DNA of 64,000 nucleotides from Phyllosticta citribraziliensis (Eukaryota). Within the stretch, counting starts at the first letter, position 1. Each line of letters begins with the position of its first letter. The DNA is taken from positions 1,550,001-1,614,000 of the forward strand of contig NW_027117339.1 in the NCBI RefSeq assembly GCF_038025025.1, given 5' to 3'. This document shows, one piece after another, positions 48,344 to 61,900 of the stretch. A program made the position numbers and the translations under genes. A model generated the notes under the pieces. It had not been told where the DNA came from. It saw only the letters and a program-made list of their open reading frames with translations, and did no database searches.

Positions 48344-51300
48344 ATGCAACCATTCTACGGAAATGCGCAAGCTTCAGATCAACAGCCGGCGGCTGCATAC
48401 TCCAACGTGAGGTCTGCTACAGGCCCCATCAACGGAGGTGGGTATAACGTTGCAAAATATTGCGCTGGAAACTCCCGAGTCCACAAGACTTATCAGCTCC
48501 AAAGGTCCTATTCAAGACCCCTATCATGGCCAAAGTCCGCATGCGCGAGGTCGCGCTGATCTCCCTCCTCCGCCTCCAGTTCCGCCTCCACCACCACATC
48601 CTCCAAATCACCACGCAGGTGCTCCAGCCTACAATGTCAAATCATATCGGCAAGGCTCTCTTCAACAGCCAGTGCCTCAAGCTCCGGTAAATTCGAATCT
48701 CAATTTGACTGAATCTGACACTGTTTGCTAATTCCACACTGCGGCGAAACATAGTCCTCCGTGCCACATTACTCTGCGCAACAAAGCAACTGGAACAGAA
48801 CAAGTGCCGCCGCCGGTCAGCCTTTTCGACATAGTCCGCCCACGGGCACAAACTATCCGCCACCTCCACCTTACCCGCCCGCAAGGTCTCAAACCTTGAA
48901 TCAACCAACGCATGCTGCGACGATTGCAAGTGCGCCATCTTCCCAACAGCACCATGGCCATTCTTCCGCCTTCAATGGACATTCTGCGCCGAGTAGGCAT
49001 TCCACTCTGCAGCATCAGCCGACACCTTACAACTCCGAGATTGCGAGCAATACAAATCCGTATTACAGCTCCGACCACTCTCCCCAGGGCGCACCTACAC
49101 AGTATCAACCTCCCAAACCTCCCCTTCCAGCCCGCAGCAAGTCCAAATACGTACCCGAATACGCTCAGCCTGGGCAAGCACCACCTGCCTCGGAGTATGC
49201 TGTGAGCTCGCCAGTGGACGTTGCGGATGGTGTTGGACGCCATGCTCATAGAACGGGTTCCAACAATTCGAACCCGAATTCGTCGAGACAAAACCTTTGG
49301 CATCATTCCAGTCACAGTCTATCATCTGGTTCGAACGGAGCCAGCGTCGCAAAACAGCAGCCAGGTTTTGCAAATCCGGCTGCTTCTCAGCAGAGTAGTT
49401 ACGCTCGTTCTGGATCCATGTCGATCCCAACAACCTCTCCCAGCACGACTGCCACGAGCTCAAACTCTTTGCCATATCCTGAGACGTCGAATTTTCCTAA
49501 TCCCGCTGCATGGAGGCTTCAAGAATACGACGGACGGCCCTCGTCGTCCCATGAACAAAGACGACAAAGCTTTGGTGCACCCAGCTTTGGTTCGTCCGGC
49601 ATGTCCCCGAATCTTCCCAGACGACGCAAGAGTCTCTCCAATTCGAACCGGCCAGTCTCGCCTTTGGTAGATTCGCCGACACCTTTCTCTTTGAAGAAGG
49701 GGCTTGCTCGTGGCAGCAGCGTGTCGAGCGTGTCAAGCGAAAAATCTCAAAGGACTTCGTCGATAGCAACAGAGGGAAGAACAAGCGCATCGGCCCTTGG
49801 CGGAGGCGCTCCTTCCGACTGGGAATACTATGGGCCAACAACTTCAACTGATGACGTGGAAAACTCTGAGAAGTACGACAAGGGGCCTGTCGAGCTACCA
49901 GCCAGTGATTATTTTGGCAAGATCAAACCTGCAGGTGGCGGCAAGAATGGACTGGTCATGCATGAGCTTCCAGCTGAACCGATCGCGAATGGTTCATCCC
50001 AGGGATCTGATTCGCTCGCCCACTCCCAGAAAGTTCAGTCGTCTTCCAATCCAAAGCCAAAGGTTCAACCGCTTGGGGTGGATTCAAAGCCAAATCCTGT
50101 GGACCGTGCCAATCATGTTGGCGCGAGTACAAAGACAGTGCCCGGTGGAGAGTCAAGCAAGCTTGCGCCGAATTCGACTTTATCGCCGAAACCAACCATT
50201 GCCGCCCTTCAGGCTGCCCGGGACGAGGCTTCGCGAAGTCCAAGACCAAAGCCGTCCCTGTTGAACCCCAAGCCTTCAGCTCCGAAACTCCGAGCCAAAG
50301 ATGTCGTTCCAGATCTTGATGACTGGTATCAGGATTCGCTTGACAACTACATCCAGGCACTGAGGGACGAATCTTTTGCGCCGGATGGCCCAGACAAGCG
50401 GAAAGCATTCATAGAGTTTGTTATGTGCGAGTCGGAGCTTCGTAACCTTCCCATTCCTTGGGAAGAGTCTCTCAGATTCGATGAGGGTGGTTCGGATGTA
50501 GGACACACGGAGGCGCGCTCTCATGAAAGCGAAATGGTGAAGAATTCCATCCATGGACAGCGTGGTCCAAAGACTACTCTCGACATTCCAACTACTCCGA
50601 TCGAACGGATTGATGAAGACGACGAGGAGTACAGCCCTGGTGGAAGACCGATCATTCCTCGGCCGCCTTTTGGGGCGAATAGGCCTGTTGAGGTCTCGAA
50701 ATCAGCCGTGAATACCAACGCCAATTCGGCTGCTAACAGCGAGACTTCGAGTCAACCGCCCCTGTCTACACCAACAAGTTCCAAAGCTGACGAATCTTCG
50801 ACTGTGGCTCCGTCTCCACTCAAATACAAAACGTTTGAGACCGACACAGCCGAGCAGGGCTCAAAGGAACCACTTCGTGCATTTGTGGCTTCACCAGAGA
50901 ACATGGATGAGGGCACCAGTAACATGTTCCCAATGCCTTTGGCTCCGCGGCCCAAGTCTTCCACACCTGGACCGTCTTCGAAGGCGCCTAACTCTACGCC
51001 CGCGACGGAGACCACCATGTCACGCCTCAAATCATTGTTGGAGAACCTACCAAGGACCCAGAACTCGGGGGAGCATCCCCTCGTACACCACGTCAACTCG
51101 ACTCTGTCTGCCATTCCAGATTCTGAGCCATTTTTGAGGTCCATTCGGCTAGCCTTTGGGTCACAAGAAAGAGACAAGCGTGAGAAATTCGAAGCCGAGC
51201 GGCAAGAGCGGCAGGATAAGGCCTCTCGTCTTAATGACGAACTCTTCGACGACAACGAAATCACTTTCGCTCAATTGAAGGAGCGCGAAAAGGACGAGAA

Positions 51301-52255
51301 GCAGGCCGAGGCCGCGAGGATCCGAGACGAGGAGCATGGTCTCTACGAAGAGTATGCCACACAAGTTTTTGACAAGTCGTACGCCCGCCTGCACGACGAC
51401 ATTGGCGTGGCCATGCAGCTACTCGAGGAGCTAGATGCCGCTGCCACGGCTGCTGAGCAGCGTTTGAAAAATGACTCGTCCACCCCCGAGGCGTCGACCT
51501 CGTCCACATCGGCAGATTCGTACTTGGCCAACCCACCGACTCTTTCCACTTGCGCCGGAATTCTTTGCTCGATCCATTCATTCCTTGCTGCTCGTCATGC
51601 CCTTGTCGCCGCTGCCATATCTGCCCGCGATGCTCGGTATGCGCGCGCTGCTTTTGCACCGGCGAATGCAGCGGGTGACCAAGCCAAGCTCAAGGCACTC
51701 GAATCGCACTTTGGACATGCGCAAGCGGAGGCGGCGTTGCGCGCGTCCAAGGAAGCGCTCGAGCTAGCCAAGGGCATTGACCAGCGGTGTGGCCAGTGGG
51801 TTGACCTGAGCCGTTCTAAAGCCGGAGAATGGATGGATTCAGTGGCCAGCGTGCTGGAAGAGCTGGCCACAGAAAAGAACCCGCGCGGAGAGCTGGGGGC
51901 CAAGGTCCTGGACGATGTGGCCAAGGGGATCGAGGCATGGACGCAGGAGCTGGCGTTGCTGATACGCAAGAATGGAGACGTGACGAAAGAGGTGAGGCAC
52001 AAAGAGGGTGTTGTGAAGGTGGACAAGGCCACGGTTGATGGGCTGTCGAAAGAGGAGAAGACGAAACTGGAAGAGCAAGCGAAAAGCGGCGTTGAGGCCG
52101 TGGAGGCAGAAGTTGAGCGCAAAGTCGACGGCGCCGTGCGGCTCGATGGCGCCAGGGAGAGGCTCGTCAAGGCTTTGGATGGAGTTGGTGGGCGCGACCA
52201 CGTCAAGCGGGCCAGGTCGGTCATGGCCGAGCCCAGAAGCTGGATTGGCAAATAA
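48344..52255 (+). CDS. Large hypothetical protein (~1258 aa), disordered P/S/Q-rich N-terminal half and helical C-terminal region
   Basis: Exons 48344-48437, 48505-48686 and 48755-52255; the last is a 3.5-kb open frame. The two 5' exons are less certain. Confidence 0.85.
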
Positions 52256-52829
52256 GGAGCTGATGTGTCGTGGTGCGTTTGTGTTGCCTCCTTAGACCCG
52301 TCGACATCTTCTCCTTCCCGTTTGAGCGCGCTGGTCGCCGATGGTTGCAGCGTTCAGCGAAGCAGGCCTTTTCCACGGTCTTTTCCTTCTGTGTCTGTAC
52401 GTAACCAAACCGACAGATTGGCGTTGGAAAAAGGGGTCTTTGTTTAGTGAGAAGCGGGCAATTTGAACATGCTGTCGCAGGTACCGGCGATTGACGCAGC
52501 CTTACTGTCTTTCTCCGTAAACTTGATTCTAGACGACAATTACAAGCAGCATTTCTCGAATCTATCAAGCATCGCGGGGTTTCTTTGTGTAGCTTGTTTG
52601 TTGTCGTCGTCGTTCACGTGGTGGAGTGTCGCGCGCTCATGCGCTTTCTGGTTGGCTCTGCTTCCGGTCCAACCAGAGGCTCTGTCACCGGATTTCCTCC
52701 GATCGACTGGAGCGTTTATTAACGTCTCACTGCGAATTTACCGACAGTGTGAATGTACTATTGCAAGCTTGAAGGTCGCAGGGAAAAACAAAGTAGTATA
52801 TATATTTTACAAGTAAGTTTCATTCTCAA

Positions 52830-52914
52830 GGTTGTATAGTGTAGTGGCTAGCACTCGGGATTCTGAGCTCTTTGGAAAATTCCCGCAACCCCGGTTCGAT
52901 CCCGGGTACGACCT
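52830..52914 (+). tRNA. tRNA-Gln (anticodon CTG) with a 13-nt intron (52867-52879)
   Basis: Acceptor stem GGTTGTA/TACGACC, D-arm GTGTAGTGGCTAGCAC, anticodon stem CGGGA/TCCCG with loop TT-CTG-A, T-arm CCCGG-TTCGATC-CCGGG. A T4 run near 52926 could be the Pol III terminator. Confidence 0.95.
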
Positions 52915-55900
52915 TACGCTATTCGTTTTGCATTTCGCTGTTTTGGGATCCTGTCATTGTTGTAGACGGGACAGGGCATCAAGATGTCACTGTGCAGAAT
53001 TTTTTTGTTTGCTGGCCGCGCGGTGGGACAGAGCAATCAAGGGCCGCACTTGTCCAAGACATGCGCCATCACGACGCCTGATTGTCGGCCACCTCATGCA
53101 TGCAAACGAGTATGACGATCGAGAGAGAGCAGTCAGAGAGAACGAGAGGACTTTCAATTTGAGTGTCGTTTCCCCGTTTTCGAGCCCTTCTTCATCCAAC
53201 GGCTTCAACCAGGGTAGGTCTCCTCTGACTCTGTTCCAGCGTTCTTCTACTGCCCAGGTGGCGGCCGCATGTTCGCCTTGACGCGCTCCAACAATTCCTC
53301 CCTTGACGCCGCGTGGTTGGGCAAGAGGTTGCGCTGCGCGACGTTAGCGATTCGGACTCACGGCGATGCGGCGTCACACGCACATTGTTGAGCCATCTCT
53401 TCAGCGCCGACGTGGTCCAGTCTTCAGGATCTGGAAAAAGTCACGGAGCGTGAGCAAAGCCGACACTTGATTCGTCGGTGCAAACGGATATAGAATATGG
53501 AATTTGGGGCTGGGCTGGGCGGGTTTCACCAGAACAATATTTACCTACCTCCAGTCGGATCGGGCTCTCGCGGGAACATGTCGCCGTTGCCCCAGATCAT
53601 CCATGCCGTGGTTGCAGTGATGATGCCCGCGAAAGCTGCACGCAGAATTGTCAGAGATGCTTGTCTTTGGCAGCCAAGAAGGGCAGTGGAGGTTGCGGTA
53701 TTTACTCAGGAATGCTCCCTAGAACGGCGTGTCAGATGGACCGGTTGAAGAATTTGCCGGCCGAGATGATATACTTACTCTGGAGTGGGTGAGACGATCC
53801 AGCGGCGTCGACATCGTTTTTTCTTTCTCAGGTTTGTTGCAGGTGGTGGTGTTTGAGGATGCGTGGTGCTGTTGACATAGACAGGCAGCAGCAGTCAGTG
53901 AACATGTTGCGGCGACGTCGCTGATCATCAGGGCAACAATAAGCGACCGCGCCTACCTTTTTCGGCACATCCTGCTCTCTGCGCACCATCTTCTCGACGT
54001 CAAGCTTTGCTGTGGCATTTATCGAAATTCCTCTCCAATTGGACAAAGAAGTCTCCATTCCGTCGTTTGAGGGTTTGCGCATGATGACGGAAATGCGAAA
54101 GATTGACCAAGCTGCCAAGGTTTTGTGAAAAAGGGCAAGGAACAAATTCTTCTCCTGTGAGATGAGGTTGAAGGTTCCTCATATTTATCTTTCGACGGTG
54201 CTCAAATACTTCGTGTTCATAGCCTGTTGACGAGTATGAATACTCGATACTCGTGCTGCTTGTTGTTGTGCGTGCAACGAATTGTATACCCAAGCTTTGG
54301 GCCCTGCGGGATTTGAAAAGGACTGGTGACGCTGGCACAGAATGTTGAAAGAAAACACAATTCTAACTGCTATGTGGAAAGCCTGTATCACCACGATGAG
54401 CACCAAAGCGGAACATAAGTTTTCTGTTTCCAGTCTTTGGAAGTTGGCTTGCCAGGTACTGAATTTCCATGCCGGACGTAGAATCAGGAACCAACCCGAA
54501 GAAACAACATGGCAGCACTGAAAATGCTCGAAAAGTTGTTTGACTTTGCCACTTGTAATTTTGATGATGGTAGACATGCAGGACTCTCAGTATGATCTCA
54601 TAAGGAAAACATGACAGACCAGGCGGGTACAGTGATTTGAAGCAACTTGAGAAACTCAGAGGCGAGTTTTGTCAGGTCCGCAACGATTCATGCCTGGACG
54701 ATGGAGACAGCCTTCCAGCATGCCTAGTTGATTTTGGACATACCCGCAAAGAAGACGCGGTCTCCGTATGCCCTGGGTTGATCATCCTCGATCATCCTCC
54801 TCTTCTCCCGATACACACTTCCACCATCTCTCCTGACCGCTGAACTATTTCCAGCACGCTGTGTTCTTAGTATGGGAAAATCAAGACTCAAGAAAAAAGG
54901 GTGATGTCATTGAATGACACTGTCAACCAACCTACCTTTTCTGGACGTCGCCTAGCAGTTATTTGGGGCCCGATGCCATCTTTGGCTATGCGCATCTCGG
55001 ATCAATATCAAATCGTTCGTGCCGGCAAGATACTGTCACGATGTCTTATCTCGAAACCCTCTCCGTGTACGTCATTTGTGTCCGTGTGCCTCGTCTCACA
55101 TGCCCTGATACTTGTAACGGGTCTGACCTTTTGCCACTTGCGATCAACGGTACCTGCAGCTCGTGGATCGTCGAGGATTGCTGTCGGCTTCTGTTCCACG
55201 CGCGGGACTCCGGAGGGATGTCGGGTGTGGCATCATTTCGGTCAGAAAACAAAATACGACTTCGTGGCGATCTATCACACAGGCGGACTCGGAGTCTGGT
55301 CAAGATTGTGTCCAAGGTGACCGCACACGATACGACGATGGCGGTGCAGTAATATTTGCAACTCGAGGTTGGGAGGTAGCGTCCAAGGAGGGAGGGGACA
55401 AAAATAGCATCATTGCACCGCCACACGGGATGCCGAAGCGACCAAGCGGCCCGAGCTCCTTCCGTGTCTCCCTCCCTGTCGCACACTTCGGACCTTCGAC
55501 TCCTTTGCTCCACGGACATCAACCGCCCATCGTATTTCGCGGGCATGCAAAACCCCACAGCCGATCTTCTGTCCGCTTCCACTTCTGCCATCTTCGAAAA
55601 TCATTGCTTCGGCCGCCTGGCCGGGCGAGTGACTGCGTGAACCGAACCCCAGCCCGCTCGTCGTCCCCACCGCACCGTTTGTGACCGCAAAAAAGCGCTT
55701 CCGTCGCGCCGGTTTCCGCGTCATGCCCCGATGGAGGAACTCGACCGTGGTCCTCGTGACTCTTTAAAGACGGTGTGCCCTGTGGATCAAGAGCAAAGGG
55801 AATTTGGAAACCATGCGACACGCAGCTGGAGCAGGCATGAGAGTGCTTGGCGCAAGCGGAGCTTCCTGTTGGCAGAAACGACCTGCGCGAAAATTGCTCC

Positions 55901-58900
55901 GCTCGCTACTCCGCACTGTGATTGCGCGCAATGGCCAGTCAATCTATTCAGCGGAGCCTCGTGGGATCGAAAAGACTGGCGGGCGGCTCTGTCACTTTGC
56001 GAACGCGCAGCCAGTGCAAGTAAAGCCGGGAAAATCAGTCCATGGCCCCGCTGGCCTTCTGCATTCAAGACGAACGCGCGGTTTGCTTGTACCTGCAACG
56101 CTCCACTGTTTCACAGCACTGTCATTCAGGTCTTGCGGTGTTTGCACCACGGATCCAGCTCAAAGTTTATCAGAATGAGCTCGTGGATTTGAGATGAACA
56201 CGACAAGGCTGAGACCATCTAATTGCGGGAGACGCTCGCCGGATGTGCCAGCTACAACAGTGGCAGCGCCAAGCGAGAAGTAAAAGGCTTCTTTATCCAT
56301 CGTGTCCGCTTTGGCCGCTTCATGGCATTGCCTGTAAGTGCCCGAGAGCCGGGCTTATAGCCAACTTGCGCTCCCCACGCCAAACGTGGAGCATCACGGC
56401 AACGCAAGCTGACAAGGCGAAACGAGACAAGACGAGACGAGACGACAGCGGGAGAAACAATGACTAGGGTCCAGCTGCTTCAATTTTGGCAGGGGGAGTG
56501 CTATAAAAATCCCAAATAGGGAGCGGGAGGAAAAGTCCAGCACGAATCCAACACCCGCAGTATCGTACCCCTGCTAGCGACAATAGCAATTGAGTTGCTG
56601 TATGAAACACTTCTTGGACAACAGAAAAAAATTCCCACTTCTCGCGGACGAAAAGCGCCGGCGCGCTCAACGACGGAGACTCAACGGCCGATGCGAGAGA
56701 AAATAAGCGCAGCTCGTACGACTCTTTCGCGTGAAGGGAAAGTGCATGCACTCCAACTCCACCCAGCACCAACCCCGTGCACTGTTCCAAGGCCAATCCC
56801 TGCACACCCAATCCTCGGACGTCCATCAAGGTGCCCATAGCGCCAAGGAGAAGGGGAGCCAGCCTCCCCCTGCTCTGTTGCCGTCCCACTCTGCTGGGTG
56901 TCCCTGGACCCTTGACTTTGAGTGGGTGCTTGCCAGCACATCGCTACATGGCCAGGGGAGATATTTTCTCTTTCTCACGCCCTCACCACCTTTTGCAAGG
57001 CAAGACGGAGCACATCACCACTCGCAATTCTGACGAGACAGCAAGTGCTGCGGCAGTTATCGCGGCCCCCGTACTCGCGCCAGTCCAATTGGGTTGTTGT
57101 CGGTCGGCTCATGCCCGACGTCAACACATCTCGGCGCAAGTGATGCAAACGACCCGTCTCATGGAAATCTACCATCCTCTGCCTCCTCGCGTACATGTTA
57201 GCGCACACCACGAAGCGACCGCCATGTTGCACAAAAGCCGAACGCCTGCGTACTTCTGCCTGACCAAGTGCACCAGGCACGTAGCCTCCTCAGCTAGCTT
57301 TGATCGATGACCGGGAAGCACCAAGGTCCGCTCCGCAGCGGACAATGGCGCCACGGCAAAATCTTAGCTCCAGCAAACTCGATGCCCTCGAGGTTCCAAA
57401 AGTCAGCCGTGAGAATCGCGTGGCCTTCGTCAGGCCCGCGGTGATGCGATGAATGCTCCCGGGCGCAGAGTTTTGTGGGCCGCAGCGTTCGCTTCCGACG
57501 AGCTGTGGACACGAGTGCTGTTAGACATCGATTGTCCGGTTGATTTCAATGGGCAGGACTCGAGCAGTTTAGAGTACGCTGGCTCACTGCAGGTTTGCCA
57601 ATAGCCCACAGCAACGTACCTGCTCCTAACGACGTTTGTTGTCCTGTCTGCCTCGCGCGATCAAACAAAAGTCTCCGACGATAGCTGCAGGTTCTTTGCT
57701 GTCTTTGCCTAGCAGTCTCTTCTACAAAACGGCGCCGTCTGGCAGACGGAACCAGGTTTGAGCCGACCCGTCCACGCCAAACGCCAATCGCCGCATGAGA
57801 GAGAGCCTTCCGCCCGCCGAGAGAGCAAGCACTCGGAGCCGCGGAAAGTCAAACAAAAGAGCCACGACCAAGAGAAAGGGAGAGGCTGCCAAAACCTTTT
57901 TGCCGCGGGCCCATCCGTCTCCCCGTGCCGCCGCCGTCGCCGCCGCCGCCAACCCCGCTCTCAACTCAAAGGGGCAGAGTGAGCGCCGAAGAAGACGTCG
58001 GCGGGAGAGCAGCAAGCCTGCGGGAGGCGGGGATAAGGTTGGCAGGCGGTCTCGATTGCGGGAGCGGGAAGTGCAAAAGCCCGCCCAGAAAGGACGAGGA
58101 TGAGCAGAGGCCCAGAGTCAAAGAGGTAAGTGTAGATTGACTTTTTGGGGGTTCGTTCGTCGGTGTGTCGTGCATCGTGACGTGAATAGACTGACCAATG
58201 ACGATGTGTTGAAGGGAGGCTGTTGGCTCTTCCCTTTTGTTCTCTATATCTACCTTCGCCTACTGCTTCACGGCTTGTATGAGAGTCTGGTTGGGCAGCA
58301 GACGTACGTCACGACCTTTAGACGTGGGCAGCCGCTTGACCACTACGTACTCACCAACCAACAATAGCCGCGGTGGCAGGTAAGTTGTTGGCTGGGCCGG
58401 CAAACGGGCACTTTAGATTGCGTCACTGGGAGCAACGCTGGAGCGTCAAGCCGCAACGCTTGGCGGGCAGCGTGTCGCCGTGCTTGTCGTCTATGGTTAG
58501 TAGACTGGTTGGGTTGATGAATGATGGCGTCGGGTAGCAAGCGTATGGTACGTAGCTGGAATGTACAGCGCCTACACCGATGCTCCTGGGTCAAAACTAC
58601 ATACGCGGACAGGGAGACGTATGCGGGCGGCGACGGGCGACGGACGGTCTGGGACGCGCCGAACAGGTAGATTGCATTCTACCTGGGTAGCCTGTACTTC
58701 ATTTATTCGCTCACGGCAAATCTGACGCAGAAGGGCATCTGAAAATGGGTGGTGTATATTCTCTCTGCAGGCAATTCCAAGCTGTTTGGATTAAACCTGA
58801 TCCGGATGCAAAGGGCACTGGCAGATGGGCGAGTGCACACTGTGGCCATCCTTGGTTAGTAGGAGTCCTTGAAAAGTCTCGGCATCATGCTACCTACTTT

Positions 58901-61900
58901 TCTGACATGCCCGCCAGACGCACCACGACACCATTACCTTTTGTCTCGACTCTGTCTGTCCTTGAAGAAAAACGCACGGGGCGGCGAGTATGCGCGCGCC
59001 CTCTCTTCCCCACTCCCCAGCTTTCCCCAACAACACACGAGGAGGAGACTGCGGGGTTCATGCATGAGAGACACATGAACCCAACGCTCAATCAAATCCA
59101 CGGTTGTCCTCTCCCATCCAGACGCCGATGCCGAGCAATCGAGCGGGTCCTGCGGCCATCACGAATGGTCCTCATGCCATTCGTGCCGCACTGGATGCAC
59201 CAAAGGGGGCAACTGGCTGGACATAACGCGCTGGATGTGGAAGGAGAGTAAGTGTGCATAGAGTAGCAAGCTCCCTTGGCCCCGCGACGTCACTTGCACG
59301 TGCGCGTAGCTGCTTGCCTGGCTGCGCGGCGAAAAGGCAAGGGATTGCATTATTTTACCCGGGCCAGACGCAACCGCTGCGCCGTAGGTAGCGTAGCTGT
59401 CTTTGGTGGTTGTCGGTCAGTGGTACAACAGCGCGCTGGGCCGCCGTCGTCGTCTTCGCTCGACGCCTCGACCTAGGCGGTCATCCAAGTACCAGTGACC
59501 TGGTAGAGGCTAGAACAGACGGAAGCGCGCGTAGAAGGGTTTTACGACGTCAACACTCGACTGCTCTCCTCGGACCTCGAGTGACGTCGTGGTTGTTTGG
59601 GAGAAGTCGGCTTCCGCCGCGTGTAGGTACATGATGACTGCAACGAAACCCGAGTTGGAAGAAGGCCTTCAGGCGGCCTTGGCGATGCCTTGTGGCGCCA
59701 GCTGCAGAGAGGCGTCGACTGCAGGGCGCTCGATGGGTGCGATCGTCGCAGGACGTTGGCCGCCTGGGGCGGTTGTGGGCGCATCCATTGACCGATTCAC
59801 GGGCTAGCTGGCTTGCTGGCTGGGTGGAGAAATCCGTCGGCGGTGTGTGGACGCGCGCTTTCCGTTGAGGAGGCGTGATGGATGGTCGAGCGAGTGAGGG
59901 CGAGGAGTGGAAAAGGGGAAGGCAAGCTGCGGTTGGAAAAAAGGGAGTGGCTGGCAGCCAAGGGCGGGAGAGGCTGGGTGGCGGCACGCCTCAGCAGACC
60001 ATGGTCGTGGATTTTTTCTTTCCTTTCTTTGCGTCTTGTTTTTTGGTGGCCGTCTTCGATCGTCATTGCCATCATCATGACTTGGCTTGTGGGTATGGCA
60101 GCTGCTAGAAAACACGAGAGGTGGTGTTTTGCATGCCCGTCTCGTGTGGTTGTTGAGTCAGGTTTGATAGAAGGACAAAGGGCAATGCAATGGATGGGTA
60201 GGCCTTGAATTGCGCCGCGTCTCTTTTGCTCAGCGCCCCTCACTCGATATACGCATCCTGATGGCAGGTGCCTTTTGCGCCTTGAATCCAATTTCATGGC
60301 GGACATTCTCAAGGAGTACTCCGGGAAATTGGAGAACCGTACTCCTTCCCATCGCCTCGATCACATCGACCAGGACTCTGCATGCGCCGAATCATGACGA
60401 GTGGAAGACTGATGGCTGAGCACTCTCCACCACAACGAGTACGTATCTAGGAACACGGCAGTCAGCCGTCATGATCCATCCTGTCCAGCCAGCTAAGGCT
60501 AGCTTTCTGGCATTTCCAAAGGAATCCTCCAAGCAACGACGTCAACCAACCAGCTGTGGCTAAACCACCACGCATCTCGCTCCCCCCGTCGTCGTCATCG
60601 TCAGCATCCATCCCGCGCAGACATGTCGTTCGGCGCCCCTGCTGAAACTCAAAAAATCCTAGCCCGCCAACGTCAACAACGTCAACTGTCCCGGCGACGG
60701 TCCGTCTGACCACATCACTCACTCTCCTAGCTGCTAGACCCGCTTGCGTGCTAAGCCCAGCCCAGCCCATCCCATCCCGCCCTGCATGAACACCCACTCT
60801 TGCAGTCAAGCAGGCAGCCGTGGGATCCGGAGGGAAGGGCAGCGAAAGAGTAGGGAAAAGAAAAAGAAGACGGCGACCCGCATCCTTGGGGTGCTGTGCA
60901 GGTTGTTCAGCTTTGCTTGCCTGCTCTCGTCTGCTTGCTCCGCGGGGGACAGCGACCATCACCAGCGCTGATGAGTGGACCAGGCCGGGCTGGCGTGGGC
61001 GCTTCACCAAATGACCAGTCATCACCATTTGGCCACCACCATGGGGTCGCCGTTGGACAGGCGACAGGAGCGAGCGAGCAGGCCAGGCCAGGCACGGACG
61101 AGTGAGAGTGAGAGAGAGGAAGCGCGCAGGCAGCCACATGGCTGCTGCGCCGCGGAACAATTCGCACGCCCACCATATCAGACCACATCACAGGTGAGCG
61201 AGCGAACAGACGACGAGAAGCAACGAAGCGGAAAAATTAACAACGCTGTGTCTGTGCTTTGCTTTGCCTCGTCAGCCCGCGTCGTAGCTAGACAGTAGGT
61301 ATCCGTGTGTACATACCAAGTGAGTGCCCGGCACGCAGGGGGGAGGCCTGCTGCCAACATGTCCGTCGGACACGGACGCGGACATGAGCGAGCTCGAGCT
61401 CGAGCGCGAACGCATCCAGCATGGAATAGAATGTTGTGAGACGGCCTTCATCATTCATATTGGCAACATCGTGACGCGAAATTCCAGGCGCGCCCGGGGA
61501 CGTTGCTGCTGCCGTTCCGCAGCCGTTGTGTTGGGGGCGCAGCTTTTTTGGGTACTCGGGGCGAAGTCAGCGAGCGAGCTGCGCACCGGAGGCACGCGGG
61601 GACGCTCGTTCTCCGTCTGCCCGTCTGCCCGTCTGCCCATCCCGTCCGGGGCCGCGCGTGGTCATGGAGGAAGCATGCCTTCTTTGGCAGGTCGCTGGGT
61701 CTGGAAATTGCGACCGACGACGCTGTGCATGTCGATGCTGGTTCCCAAAGAGAAGAAGTAGAGCGGGCGAAGATGCAGCCACCTGTCGTGGCACTTTGAA
61801 AGGATCGACGTGCATTTCAGCGCCGGGCTCGCACAAAGACTCGGCTTTTGGGACAGCTGTATTCGTCATGTCCGAGGCGCTTTGCTCTCCCATTAGATTT

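Noticed and set aside
53771..53783. ATACTTACTCTGG resembling the U1 snRNA 5' end
   Set aside because: It is imperfect, and I saw no downstream U1 stem-loops or Sm site.
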